Of a DNA stretch of 64,000 bases, positions 37,706-50,070 are shown one piece after another. A program made the position numbers and the translations under genes. Location: the NCBI GenBank assembly GCA_951406725.2, contig OX597814.1, positions 216,752,001 to 216,816,000 on the forward strand, given 5' to 3'. Source of the DNA: Octopus vulgaris. Taxonomy: Eukaryota. Each line of letters starts with the position of its first letter. Position 1 is the stretch's first letter. A model generated the notes under the pieces. That model saw nothing but the letters and a program-made list of their open reading frames with translations, had not been told where the DNA came from and searched no databases.

Positions 37706-37845
37706 GAGGAAAGAAATAAAGGAAGAAAGAAATAAAGGAAGAAAGAAAGAAAGTGAGAAAGAAAGAAAGAAAGAAAGAGAGAAAGAAAGAAAAAAGAAAG
37801 AAGGAAAGGAAGAAAGAAAGAAACTAAGGAAGAAAAAAGAAAGAA
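34826..37845 (+). repeat. (GAAA)n-derived complex satellite with higher-order structure
   Basis: Anchor ggataaaaagaaagagagcaagtaagg recurs at 35477, 35736, 36191, 36635, 36896 and 37353. Confidence 0.95.
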
Positions 37846-37989
37846 AGGTGAAGTGATTCTGCAATGGAGGATGAGATGAGAAATGAAGAAAGAGGAGAAG
37901 GAGAGGAGGAAAGAAAGAGCGAATTAGAACAAAACGTTTTGAGTAGAGAGGGAAAGTATGAGTTGATAGACGAAGAGAAAAAGGCGAAG

Positions 37990-38950
37990 TGTTAATATAT
38001 AGAGGGGGAAGAGAGAGAGAGGGAGAGAGAGAGAGAAGGAAAGAAAGAGAGAGAGAAATAGAAGTCAGAAAGGGAGTGATATATAAGATTTGTATAAAAG
38101 GGAAAGTATGAGGCAAGAGTGAAAGTAAAAGAGGAGGAGTGATAGGATATTATGTAATGCAGCGAAAGAGAGAGAGAGACAGAGACATAGAGAGAGAGAG
38201 AGACTGATATATATGTTTGGTGAGTGAGGGAGAGGATGAGGTGAGTGATATTGCAAGGAAGGCGGAGTGGATAAAATAAATACATAATGAGTTGCTGAGA
38301 GGAAGGAGACAAAGAGGGAGAAGTGAGAGATAGAAAAGGTGAAAGAGAGGGACAGTGAGAACAAGTGAGAGGAAGCATATAATGAGGGGAGGGAGGGACA
38401 GATAAAAGATAGATAGAGAGAGAGAGAGAAAGAGAGAGAGAGAGCAATAGAACGAATAAATATATTAATAGAGGAAGAGTAAGAGGTAATAAAGAAAGTA
38501 AAAGGGACGGAGTCTTATTGGATTATATAATGAGGTGGGAGTGTTAGAGAGAGAGAAAGGGCGTTGTCTTAAGCGAGGGAGAGTTAGAGGTGAGGAATAA
38601 TGAAGTAGGAGGAAACAAGACAGACAAACCAAGGATAGTAACTCTTCTTGCATCCCTTTTTGCTTTCAACCGTATTACTTTCCGTTGTGTTAAATAAAAT
38701 CTGTTTTACTGCGCAGACTCTGAAGATATCCAAATATAATTCAATGTAAATAAGAGATCGAACTATTTAGAAAACATTATCAATAAATATCGAACACTTC
38801 TACACATAACTGATTCGTTTTACTTTTGACATTTAGAATTTCGCCTTTTACACTTCCGATTCTTACTCGTTAATTCACTCTTTTCTGCAATCTGCACAAA
38901 ACCTCTGGAACTGCTTGGTATCACAGCCAAAGCTCACATAAGGAATGATA
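37990..38950 (+). repeat. Copy of the dispersed GA-rich unit
   Basis: 38620-38950 is the reverse complement of 52050-52380 (e.g. ttatcaataaatatcgaaca; ccgattcttactc). Confidence 0.7.
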
Positions 38951-39566
38951 AACTATCAAGCTTCATTATTATTTTATAGACGCTACATCAAATATCCTTT
39001 TTTATATGAAACAATATCGAAAATTCGAGGTCCCTTGGTTGATGTTTCTCGAAAGATGCGAGACATTATAGAAGTGAGTTTCTTTTATAAATTCGTCGTA
39101 ACTGCCTTTCATTTATATAAAAAATGAAGGATATGAAGTCCCTTGTTTTGTGTTTGGGTCTGACTACAAATGCCTCTTGAAGTGCTTTTCAATTTTCTAT
39201 CAAAAGCAACGCATATCTTCGTGTACTTGGTGGTTATTTCTAGCGTGATGTGAAATTATTTATAGGACAATTCTTTTTATAAATGTTTCATAAATTTTCA
39301 ATCACTGATTGAACTATTTGATTACTTCAATTATGAATTACACATTAATTATGTAATTAATCATTAGTTACATGATTTATTTGTTTCTACTCAACAGAAA
39401 CTAGAAAAAAAATTAAGGCAAAGTTGAAAATATAATTTATTAGAAAGGAAGTTGCGCCTCATAAACAAAAAGAAAGGAAGATGGAAAAGGTAAGATATAT
39501 TGAGGTGATGGAAGAAAGCGGAAGAGAAAGAAAGAAAGAACGAAAAAAAGAAAGAAAGAAGAGAGA

Positions 39567-39692
39567 GTGACACCTACGGAACCGACATTATCGTATAATG
39601 TGCAAGGAGAGAGAGAGAGAGACAGACAGAGAGACAGACAGAAAGAGAGAGTGACACCTACGGAACCGACATTATCGTATAATGTGCAAAGT

Positions 39693-39725
<33 letters not shown>

Positions 39726-39799
39726 AGACAGACAGAAAGAGAGAGAGAAAAAGAAGGAGAGAGGTAGAAAGAGAGAGAGAAACATAAAGCGAGAGAGAA

Positions 39800-39830
<31 letters not shown>

Positions 39831-39973
39831 TAGACTGAAAGAGAGAGAGAAAGAAGGAGAGAAATAGAAATAGAGAGAGAAACATAAAGAGAGAGAGAGA
39901 AAGAGAGAGACAGAGAGACAGACAGAAACAGAGAGTGACACCTACAGAACCGACATTAACGTATAATGTGCAA
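39567..39973 (+). repeat. Three copies of a 39-bp motif embedded in (GA/GACA)n
   Basis: gtgacacctacggaaccgacattatcgtataatgtgcaa at 39567 and 39651, and with two substitutions at 39935. Confidence 0.9.
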
Positions 39974-40659
39974 AAAAAGAGAGACAGACAGACAGACAGA
40001 CAGACTGAAAGAGAGAGAGAAAGAAGGAGAGAGAAAGAGAGAGAGAGAAAGAGACAGACAGACAGACAGACAGAAGAGAGAGAAAGAGAGAGACAGAAAG
40101 AGAAAGAAAGAGACAGACAGACAGAAGAGAGAGAAAAGGAGAGAGATAGAAAGAGAGAGAGAAGCAGAAAGAGAGAGAAAGAAAGAGAGAAACAGAAAGA
40201 GACAGAGCATGTGATAGATAGAAAGAGAAAGAGAGAGAGAGAGAAAGAGAAACAGAAAGAGACAAAAACAGGGAAAGAGAGAGAGTCAGACAGAAAGAGA
40301 GAAAGAAAGAGAGACAGAAAGAGAGACAGAAAGAGAAAGACAGAATAAGAAAAACAGAAAGAGAAAGAGAAAAAGAGAAAAAGAAAGATATACAGAAAGA
40401 GAGGGAGAGAAAGAGAGAGATAGAAGAGAGAGAGAAACAGAAAGAGAGAAACAAAAAGAGTGAGAAAGAGAGAGAGAGAAACAGAAAGAGAGACAGACAG
40501 ACAGACAGACAGAGAGAGACTGATATATATTTGAATAAAGAGGAGAGAATGAGGTAATATAGAAAGGAAGGCGGAGGTGTGTTCAAAATGAATATATAAT
40601 GAGAGGCTGAGAGAAAGGAGACAAAGAAGGAGAAGGTGATTGATGTGGTTTGGTAGACG

Positions 40660-43600
40660 AGAGAGAAAGGGAGGGAGAGAGAAAGAGAGCATGAGGTAAG
40701 AGAGAGGAAGAAGAGTGACGGAGTGATATAGAAAAATATATAGAGTAAGGGAATGGAGAGAGAGAGAAAGGAGGGCTGAGAGAGAGAGAGAGGAAGGGAG
40801 GGAGAGAGAAAGAGAGCATGAGGTAAGAGAGAGGAAGAAGAGTGACGGAGTATTGTATTGGCATCCTTTCTGTCTCGGGAGACAATGGAGTTGCGCATTT
40901 TTTTTTTTAATTTATTTATTTATTTTTTTTTTAAATTTATTTATTTATTTATTTATTTTTTTTTAATATGGTCTAGTCCGGCTGTTATATTTTATTTCTT
41001 GGTACATTTCTTGCTGTGGCTGTGTAGTCCTATCCTGGAGAAACACTCCCTCTGGCAGGTACTGCAAATGTAGCGAAGACTGTTCCTGGCTGGTTGTAGT
41101 GCCATGGTCTCTTGTTTATGTCTCTTCCTTTCTTTCCATTTCTCCTCTCTCTCTGTCACTCCTCTGTATACCCTCTTTTACTGTACGTCGCCATTCTCCA
41201 CGGTTGCCGGCGACTGCCTCCCAACCGCTAATGTTGATGTTGCAGGCCTTCATATCCCTTTTGCAAACATCCTTGTAACGTAGGATCGGTCTACCCACAG
41301 ACCTAGTACCCCTAGCAAGCTCTCCGTAGAGTATGACATGAGTGACGGAGTGATATAGAAAAATATATAGAGTAAGGGAATGGAGCGAGAGAGAAAGGAG
41401 GGCTAAGAGAGAGAGAGAAAGAGAGCATGAGGTAAGAGAGAGGAAGAAGAGTGACAGAGTGATATAGAAAAATATATAGAGTAAGGGAATGGAGAGAGAG
41501 AGAAATGAGGGCTGGGAGAGAGAGAGGAAGGGAGGGAGAGAGAAAGAGAGCATGAGGTAAGAGAGAGGAAGAAGAGTGACGGAGTGATATAGAAAAATAT
41601 ATAGAGTAAGGGAGGGGGAGAGAGAGAAAGGAGGGCTGAGAGAGAGAGAGGAAGGGAGGGAGAGAGAAAGAGAGCATGAGGTAAGAGAGAGGAAGAAGAG
41701 TGACGGAGTGATATAGAAAAATATATAGAGTAAGGGAATGGAGAGAGAGAGAAATGAGGACTGAGAGAGAGAGAGAGAGGAAGGGAGGGAGAGAGAAAGA
41801 GAGCATGAGGTAAGAGAGAGAAAGTAGAGTGACGGAGTGATATAGAAAAATATATAGAGTAAGGGAGGGGGAGAGAGGGAAAGGAGGGCTGAGAGAGAGA
41901 GAGAGGAAGGGAGGGAGAGAGAAAGAGAGCATGAGGTAAGAGAGAGAAAGAAGAGTGACGGAGTGATATAGAAAAATATATAGAGTAAGGGAATGGAGAG
42001 AGAGAGAAATGAGGGCTGAGGGAGAGAGAGAGGAAGGGAGGGAGAGAAAAAGAGAGCATGAGGTAAGAGAGAGGAAGAAGAGTGACGGAGTGATATAGAA
42101 AAATATATAGAGTAAGGGAATGGAGAGAGAGAGAAATGAGGGCTGAGAGAGAGAGAGAGAGGAAGGGAGGGAGAGAGAAAGAGAGCATGAGGTAAGAGAG
42201 AGGAAGAAGAGTGACGGAGTGATATAGAAAAATATATAGAGTAAGGGAATGGAGAGAGAGAGAAAGGAAGGCTGAGAGAGAGAGAGAAGAAGGAAGGGAG
42301 AGAGAAAGAGAGCATGAGGTAAGAGAGAGAAAGTAGAGTGACGGAGTGATGTAGAAAAATATATAGAGTAAGGGAATGGAGAGAGAGAGAAATGAGGGCT
42401 GAGAGAGAGAGAAATGAGGGCTGAGAGAGAGAAAGAGGAAGGGAGGGAGAGAGAAAGAGAGCATGAGGTAAGAGAGAGAAAGTAGAGTGACGGAGTGATA
42501 TAGAAAAATATATAGAGTAAGGGAATGGAGAAAGAGAGAAATGAGGGCTGAGAGAGAGAGAGAGAAAGGGAGGGAGAGAGAAAGAGAGCATGAGGTAAGA
42601 GAGAGAAAGTAGAGTGACGGAGTGATATAGAAAAATATATAGAGTAAGGGAATGGAGAGAGAGAAAGAGAGCATGAGGTAAGAGAGAGAAAGTAGAGTGA
42701 CGGAGTGATGTAGAAAAATATATAGAGTAAGGGAATGGAGAGAGAGAGAAATGAGGACTGAGAGAGAGAGAGAGGAAGGGATGGAGAGAGAAAGAGAGCA
42801 TGAGGTAAGAGAGAGGAAGAAGAGTGACGGAGTGATATAGAAAAATATATAGAGTAAGGGAATGGAGAGAGAGAGAAATGAGGGCTGAGAGAGAGAGAGA
42901 GAAACGGAGGGAGAGAGAAAGAGAGCATGAGGTAAGAGAGAGAAAGTAGAGTGACGGAGTGATATAGAAAAATATATAGAGTAAGGGAATGGAGACAGAG
43001 AGAAATGACGGCTGAGAGAGAGAGAGAGGAAGGGAGGGAGAGAGAAAGAGAGCATGAGGTAAGAGAGAGAAAGAAGAGTGACGGAGTGATATAGAAAAAT
43101 ATATAGAGTAAGGGAATGGAGAGAGAGAGAAAGGAGGGCTGAGAGAGAGAGAGAGAAGGGAGGGAGAGCGAAAGAGAGCATGAGGTAAGAGAGAGAAAGT
43201 AGAGTGACGGAGTGATATAGAAAAATATATAGAGTAAGGGAATGGAGAGAGAGAGAAATGAGGGCTGAGAGAGAGAGAGAGAAAGGGAGGGAGAGAGAAA
43301 GAGAGCATGAGGTAAGAGAGAGAAAGTAGAGTGAAGGAGTGATATAGAAAAATATATAGAGTAAGGGAATGGAGAGAGAGAGAAAGGAGGGCTGAGAGAG
43401 AGAGAGAGAGGAAGGGAGGGAGAGAGAAAGAGAGCATGAGGTAAGAGAGAGAAAGTAGAGTGACGGAGTGATATAGAAAAATATATAGAGTAAGGGAATG
43501 GAGAGAGAGAGAAATGAGGACTGAGAGAGAGAGAGAGGAAGGGAGGGAGTGAGAAAGAGAGCATGAGGTAAGAGAGAGGAAGGAGAGTGACGGAGTGATA

Positions 43601-46600
43601 TAGAAAAATATATAGAGTAAGGGAATGGAGAGAGAGAGAAATGAGGGCTGAGAGAGAGAGAGAGGAAGGGAGGGAGAGAGAAAGAGAGCATGAGGTACGA
43701 GAGAGGAAGAAGAGTGACGGAGTGATATAGAAAAATATATAGAGTAAGGGAATTGAGAGAGAGAGAAAGGAGGGCTGAGAGAGAGAGAGAGGAAGGGAGG
43801 GAAAGAGAAAGAGAGCATGAGGTAAGAGAGAGAAAGAAGGGAGTGACGGAGTGATATAGAAAAATATATAGAGTAAGGGAATGGTGAGAGAGAGAAAGGA
43901 GGGCTGAGAGAGAGAGAGAGGAAGGGAGGGAGAGAGAAAGAGAGCATGAGGTAAGAGAGGGGAAGAAGAGTGACGGAGTGATATAGAAAAATATATAGAG
44001 TAAGGGAATGGAGAGAGAGAGAAATGAGGGCTGAGAGAGAGAGAGAGAAAGGGAGGGAAAGAGAAAGAGAGCCTGAGGTAAGAGAGAGAAAGAAGAGTGA
44101 CGGAGTGATATAGAAAAATATATAGAGTAGAGGGAAATGAGAGAGAGAGAGAGGAAGGGAGGGAGAGAGAAAGAGAGCATGAGGTAAGAGAGAAGAAGAA
44201 GTGTGACGGAGTGATATAGAAAAATATATAGAGTAAGGGAATGGAGACAGAGAGAAATGACGGCTGAGAGAGAGAGAGAGAGGAAGGGAGGGAGAGAGAA
44301 AGAGAGCAGGAGGCAAGAGAGAGAAAGATGGAGTGACGGAGTGATATAGAAAGATATATAGAGTAAGGGAATGAGAGAGAGAGAAATGAGGACTGAGAGA
44401 GAGAGGAAGGGAGGGAGAGAGAAAGAGAGCATGAGGCAAGAGAGAGAAAGAGGGAGTGAAGGAGTGATATAGAAAAATATATAGAGTAAGGGAATGGAGA
44501 GAGAGAGAAAGGAGGGCTGAGAGAGAGAGAGAGAGGAAGGGAGGGAGAGAGAAAGAGAGCATGAGGTAAGAGAGAGAAAGTAGGGAGTGACGGAGTGATA
44601 TAGAAAAATATATAGAGTAAGGGAATGGAGAGAGAGAGAAATGAGGGCTGAGAGAGAGAGAGAGGAAGGGAGGGAGTGAGAAAGAGAGCATGAGGTAAGA
44701 GAGAGGAAGGAGAGTGACGGAGTGATATAGAAAAATATATAGAGTAAGGGAATGGAGAGAGAGAGAGAATGAGGGCTGAGAGAGAGAGAGAGGAAGGGAG
44801 GGAGAGAGAAAGAGAGCATGAGGTACGAGAGAGAAAGAGGAGTGACGGAGTGATATAGAAAAATATATAGAGTAAGGGAATTGGGAGAGAGAGAGAAAGG
44901 AGGGCTGAGAGAGAGAGAGAGGAAGGGAGGGAAAGAGAAAGAGAGCATGAGGTAAGAGAGAGGAAGAAGAGTGACGGAGTGATATAGAAAAATATATAGA
45001 GTAAGGGAATGGTGAGAGAGAGAAAGGAGGGCTGAGAGAGAGAGAGAGGAAGGGAGGGAGAGAGAAAGAGAGCATGAGGTAAGAGAGAGAAAGAAGAGTG
45101 ACGGAGTGATATAGAAAAATATATAGAGTAAGGGAATGGAGAGAGAGAGAGAAAGAGGGCTGAGAGAGAGAGAGAGAAAGGGAGGGAAAGAGAAAGAGAG
45201 CCTGAGGTAAGAGAGAGAAAGAAGAGTGACGGAGTGATATAGAAAATATATAGAGTAAGGGAATGGAGAGAGAGAGAAATGAGGACTGGAGAGAGAGAGA
45301 GAGGAAGGGAGGGAGAGAGAAAGAGAGCATGAGGTAAGAGAGAGAAAGAAGTGTGACGGAGTGATATAGAAGGATATATAGAGTAAGGGAGGGAGAGAGA
45401 GAGAGAGGAGGGCTGAGAGAGAGAGAGGAGGGAAGGGAAAGGGAGAGAGAAAGAGAGAGAAAGTAGAGTGACGGAGTGATATAGAAAAATATATAGAGTA
45501 AGGGAATGGAGAGAGAGAGAAATGAGGGCTGAGAGAGAGAGAGAAGAAGGGAGGGAGAGAGAAAGAGAGCATGAGGTAAGAGAGAGAAAGGGAGTGACGG
45601 AGTGATATAGAAAAATATATAGAGTAAGGGAATGGAGAGAGAGAGAAAGGAGGGCTGAGAGAGAGAGAGAAAAGGGAGGGAGAGAGAAAGAGAGCATGAT
45701 GCAAGAGAGAGAAAGAAGGGAGTGACGGAGTGATAAAGAAAAATATATAGAGTCAGGGAATGGAGAGAGAGAGAAAGGAGAGCTGAGAGAGAGAGAGAAG
45801 GGAGGGAGAGAGAAAGAGAGCATGAGGTAAGAGAGAGGAAGAGGGAGTGACGGAGTGATATAGAAAGATATATAGAGTAAGGGAGGGAGAGAGAGAGAAA
45901 TGAGGACTGAGAGAGAGAGAGAGGAAGGGAGGGAGAGAGAAAGAGAGCTTGAGGTAAGAGAGAGAAAGAGGGAGTGACGGAGTGATATAGAAAGATATAT
46001 AGAGTAAGGGAGGGAGAGAGAGAGAAAGGAGGACTGAGAGAGAGAGAGAGGAAGGGAGGGAGAGAGAAAGAGAACATGAGGTAAGAGAGAGAAAGTAGAG
46101 TGACGGAGTGATATAGAAAGATGTATAGCGTAAGGGCATGGAGAGAGAGAGAAATGAGGGCTGAGAGAGAGAGAGAGAGGGGAGGGAGAGAGAAAGAGAG
46201 CATGAGGCAAGAGAGAGAAAGAAGGGAGTGACGGAGTGATATAGAAAGATATATAGAGTAAGGGAATGGGAGAGAGAGAGAAATGAGGGCTGAGAGAGAG
46301 AGAGAGAGAGGGCGGGAGAGAGAAAGAGAGCATGAGGTAAGAGAGAGAAAGAAGAGTGACGGAGTGATATAGAAAAATATATAGAGTAAGGGAATGGAGA
46401 GAGAGAGAAAGAGGACTGAGAGAGAGAGAGAGAAGGGAGGGAGAGAGAAAGAGAGCATGAGGCAAGAGAGAGAAAGAGGGAGTGACGGAGTGATATAGAA
46501 AAATATATAGAGTAAGGGAATGGGAGAGAGAGAGAAATGAGGGCTGAGAGAGAGAGAGAGAAAGGGAGGGAGAGCGAAAGAGAGCATGAGGTAAGAGAGA

Positions 46601-49600
46601 GAAAGTAGAGTGACGGAGTGATATAGAAAAATATATAGAGTAAGGGAATGGAGAGAGAGAGAAATGAGGGCTGAGAGAGAGAGAGAGAAAGGGTGGGAGA
46701 GAGAAAGAGAGCATGAGGTAAGAGAGAGAAAGTAGAGTGAAGGAGTGATATAGAAAAATATATAGAGTAAGGGAATGGAGAGAGAGAGAAAGGAGGGCTG
46801 AGAGAGAGAGAGAGAGAAGGGAGGGAGAGAGAAAGAGAGCATGAGGTAAGAGAGAGAAAGTAGAGTGACGGAGTGATATAGAAAGATGTATAGAGTAAGG
46901 GCATGGAGAGAGAGGAAATGAGGGCTGAGAGAGAGAGAGAGAGAAAGGGAGGGAGAGAGAAAGAGAGCATGAGGTAAGAGAGAGGAAGAAGTGTGACGGA
47001 GTGATATAGAAAGATATATAGAGTAAGGGAGGGAGAGAGAGAGAGAAATGAGGGCTGAGAGAGAGAGAGAGGAAGGGAGGGAGAGAGAAAGAGAGCATGA
47101 GGTAAGAGAGAGGAAGAAGTGTGACGGAGTGATATAGAAAAATATATAGAGTAAGGGAATGGAGAGAGAGAGAAATGAGGGCTGAGAGAGAGAGAGAGGA
47201 AGGGAGGGAGTGAGAAAGAGAGCATGAGGTAAGAGAGAGGAAGGAGAGTGACGGAGTGATATAGAAAAATATATAGAGTAAGGGAATGGAGAGAGAGAGA
47301 AATGAGGGCTGAGAGAGAGAGAGAGGAAGGGAGGGAGAGAGAAAGAGAGCATGAGGTACGAGAGAGGAAGAAGGGAGTGACGGAGTGATATAGAAAAATA
47401 TATAGAGTAAGGGAATTGAGAGAGAGAGAAAGGAGGGCTGAGAGAGAGAGAGAGGAAGGGAGGGAAAGAGAAAGAGAGCATGAGGTAAGAGAGAGGAAGA
47501 AGAGTGACGGAGTGATATAGAAAAATATATAGAGTAAGGGAATGGAGAGAGAGAGAGAGGAGGGCTGAGAGAGAGAGAGAGAGGAAGGGAGGGTGAGAGA
47601 AAGAGAGCATGAGGTAAGAGAGAGGAAGAAGAGTGACGGAGTGATATAGAAAAATATATAGAGTAAGGGAATGGAGAGAGAGAGAAAGGAGGACTGAGAG
47701 AGAGAGAGGAGGGAGGGAGAGAGAAAGAGAGCATAAGGTAAGAGAGAGGAAGAAGAGTGATGGAGTGATATAGAAAGATGTATAGAGTAAGGGAATGGTG
47801 AGAGAGAGAAAGGAGGGCTGAGAGAGAGAGAGAGGAAGGGAGGGAGAGAGAAAGAGAGCATGAGGTAAGAGAGGGGAAGAAGAGTGACGGAGTGATATAG
47901 AAAAATATATAGAGTAAGGGAATGGGAGAGAGAGAGAAATGAGGGCTGAGAGAGAGAGAGAGAGGGAGGGAGAGAGAAAGAGAGCCTGAGGTAAGAGAGA
48001 GAAAGAAGGGAGTGACGGAGTGATATAGAAAAATATATAGAGTAAGGGAATGGAGAGAGAGAGAGAAATGAGGACTGAGAGAGAGAGAGAGGAAGGGAGG
48101 GAGAGAGAAAGAGAGCATGAGGTAAGAGAGAAGAAGAAGTGTGACGGAGTGATATAGAAAAATATATAGAGTAAGGGAATGGAGAGAGAGAGAGAGGAGG
48201 GCTGAGAGAGAGAGAGAGGAAGGGAGGGAGAGAGAAAGAGAGAGAAAGTAGAGTGACGGAGTGATATAGAAAAATATATAGAGTAAGGGAATGGAGAGAG
48301 AGAGAAATGAGGGCTGAGAGAGAGAGAGAAGAAGGGAGGGAGAGAGAAAGAGAGCATGAGGTAAGAGAGAGAAAGTAGAGTGACGGAGTGATATAGAAAA
48401 ATATATAGAGTAAGGGAATGGAGAGAGAGAGAAATGAGGGCTGAGAGAGAGAGAGGAAGGGAGGGAGAGAGAAAGAGAGCATAAGGTAAGAGAGAGGAAG
48501 AAGAGTGACGGAGTGATATAGAAAAATATATAGAGTAAGGGAATGGAGAGAGAGAGAAAGGAGGGCTGAGAGAGAGAGAGAGAAAGGGAGGGAGAGAGAA
48601 AGAGAGCATGATGCAAGAGAGAGAAAGAAGAGTGACGGAGTGATAAAGAAAAATATATAGAGTCAGGGAATGGAGAGAGAGAGAAAGGAGAGCTGAGAGA
48701 GAGAGAGAAAGGGAGGGAGAGAGAAAGAGAGCATGAGGTAAGAGAGAGGAAGAAGAGTGACGGAGTGATATAGAAAAATATATAGAGTAAGGGAATGGAG
48801 AGAGAGAGAAATGAGGGCTGAGAGAGAGAGAGAGGAAGGGAGGGAGAGAGAAAGAGAGCTTGAGGTAAGAGAGAGGAAGAAGAGTGACGGAGTGATATAG
48901 AAAAATATATAGAGTAAGGGAATGGAGAGAGAGAGAAAGGAGGGCTGAGAGAGAGAGAGAGGAAGGGAGGGAGAGAGAAAGAGAACATGAGGTAAGAGAG
49001 AGAAAGTAGAGTGACGGAGTGATATAGAAAAATATATAGAGTAAGGGAATGGAGAGAGAGAGAAATGAGGGCTGAGAGAGAGAGAGAGAGGGAGGGCGGG
49101 AGAGAGAAAGAGAGCATGAGGTAAGAGAGAGGAAGAAGAGTGACGGAGTGATATAGAAAAATATATAGAGTAAGGGAATGGAGAGAGAGAGAAATGAGGG
49201 CTGAGAGAGAGAGAGAGAGGGAGGGCGGGAGAGAGAAAGAGAGCATGAGGTAAGAGAGAGGAAGAAGAGTGACGGAGTGATATAGAAAAATATATAGAGT
49301 AAGGGAATGGAGAGAGAGAGAAAGAGAGCCTGAGGTAAGAGAGAGAAAGAAGAGTGACGGAGTGATATAGAAAAATATATAGAGTAAGGGAATGGAGAGA
49401 GAGAGAAATGAGGACTGAGAGAGAGAGAGAGGAAGGGAGGGAGAGAGAAAGAGAGCATGAGGTAAGAGAGAAGAAGAAGTGTGACGGAGTGATATAGAAA
49501 AATATATAGAGTAAGGGAATGGAGAGAGAGAGATAGGAGGGCTGAGAGAGAGAGAGAGGAAGGGAGGGTGAGAGAAAGAGAGCATGAGGTAAGAGAGAGG

Positions 49601-50070
49601 AAGAAGAGTGACGGAGTGATATAGAAAAATATATAGAGTAAGGGAATGGAGAGAGAGAGAAATGAGGGCTGAGAGAGAGAGAGAGAAAGGGAGGGAGAGA
49701 GAAAGAGAGCCTGAGGTAAGAGAGAGAAAGAAGAGTGACGGAGTGATATAGAAAAATATATAGAGTAAGGGAATGGAGAGAGAGAGAAATGAGGGCTGAG
49801 AGAGAGAGAGAGAGAAAGGGAGGGAGAGAGAAAGAGAGCATGAGGTAAGAGAGAGGAAGAAGGAGTGACGGAGTGATATAGAAAAATATATAGAGTAAGG
49901 GAATGGAGAGAGAGAGAAAGGAGGACTGAGAGAGAGAGAGAGGAAGGGAGGGAGAGAGAAAGAGAGCATGAGGTAAGAGAGAGGAAGAAGAGTGACGGAG
50001 TGATATAGAAAGATGTATAGAGTAAGGGAATGGAGAGAGAGAGAAAGGAGGGCTGAGAGAGAGAGGGGGA
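40660..50070 (+). repeat. Tandem satellite, ~127-bp purine-rich unit, roughly 70 copies
   Basis: Unit gagtgacggagtgatatagaaaaatatatagagtaagggaatgg(ag)n aaatgagggct(ga)n ggaagggagggagagagaaagagagcatgaggtaagagagaggaagaa. Confidence 0.97.
40852..41339 (-). mobile_element. 5'-truncated RTE/BovB-like LINE inserted in the satellite with a 12-bp TSD
   Basis: Minus strand ILYGELARGTRSVGRPILRYKDVCKRDMKAC..WE..A..R..WR and C2H2 YICSTCQRECFSRIGLHSHSKKC. GAGTGACGGAGT is duplicated at 40840-40851 and 41340-41351. Confidence 0.92.

Noticed and set aside
34723-38116. 743-1110-aa Phe/Leu/Ser ORFs and Lys/Glu/Arg ORFs
   Set aside because: (GAAA)n/(TTTC)n repeat artefacts.
39567-39973. CRISPR-like array, or loxP/lacUV5-like TCGTATAATGTG
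   Set aside because: Spacers are microsatellite of unequal length, there are no cas genes, and the context is eukaryotic. The 11-12 nt match to loxP/lacUV5 has no other vector sequence around it.
40660-50070. Satellite as a CRISPR array
   Set aside because: Whole units repeat; there are no unique spacers.
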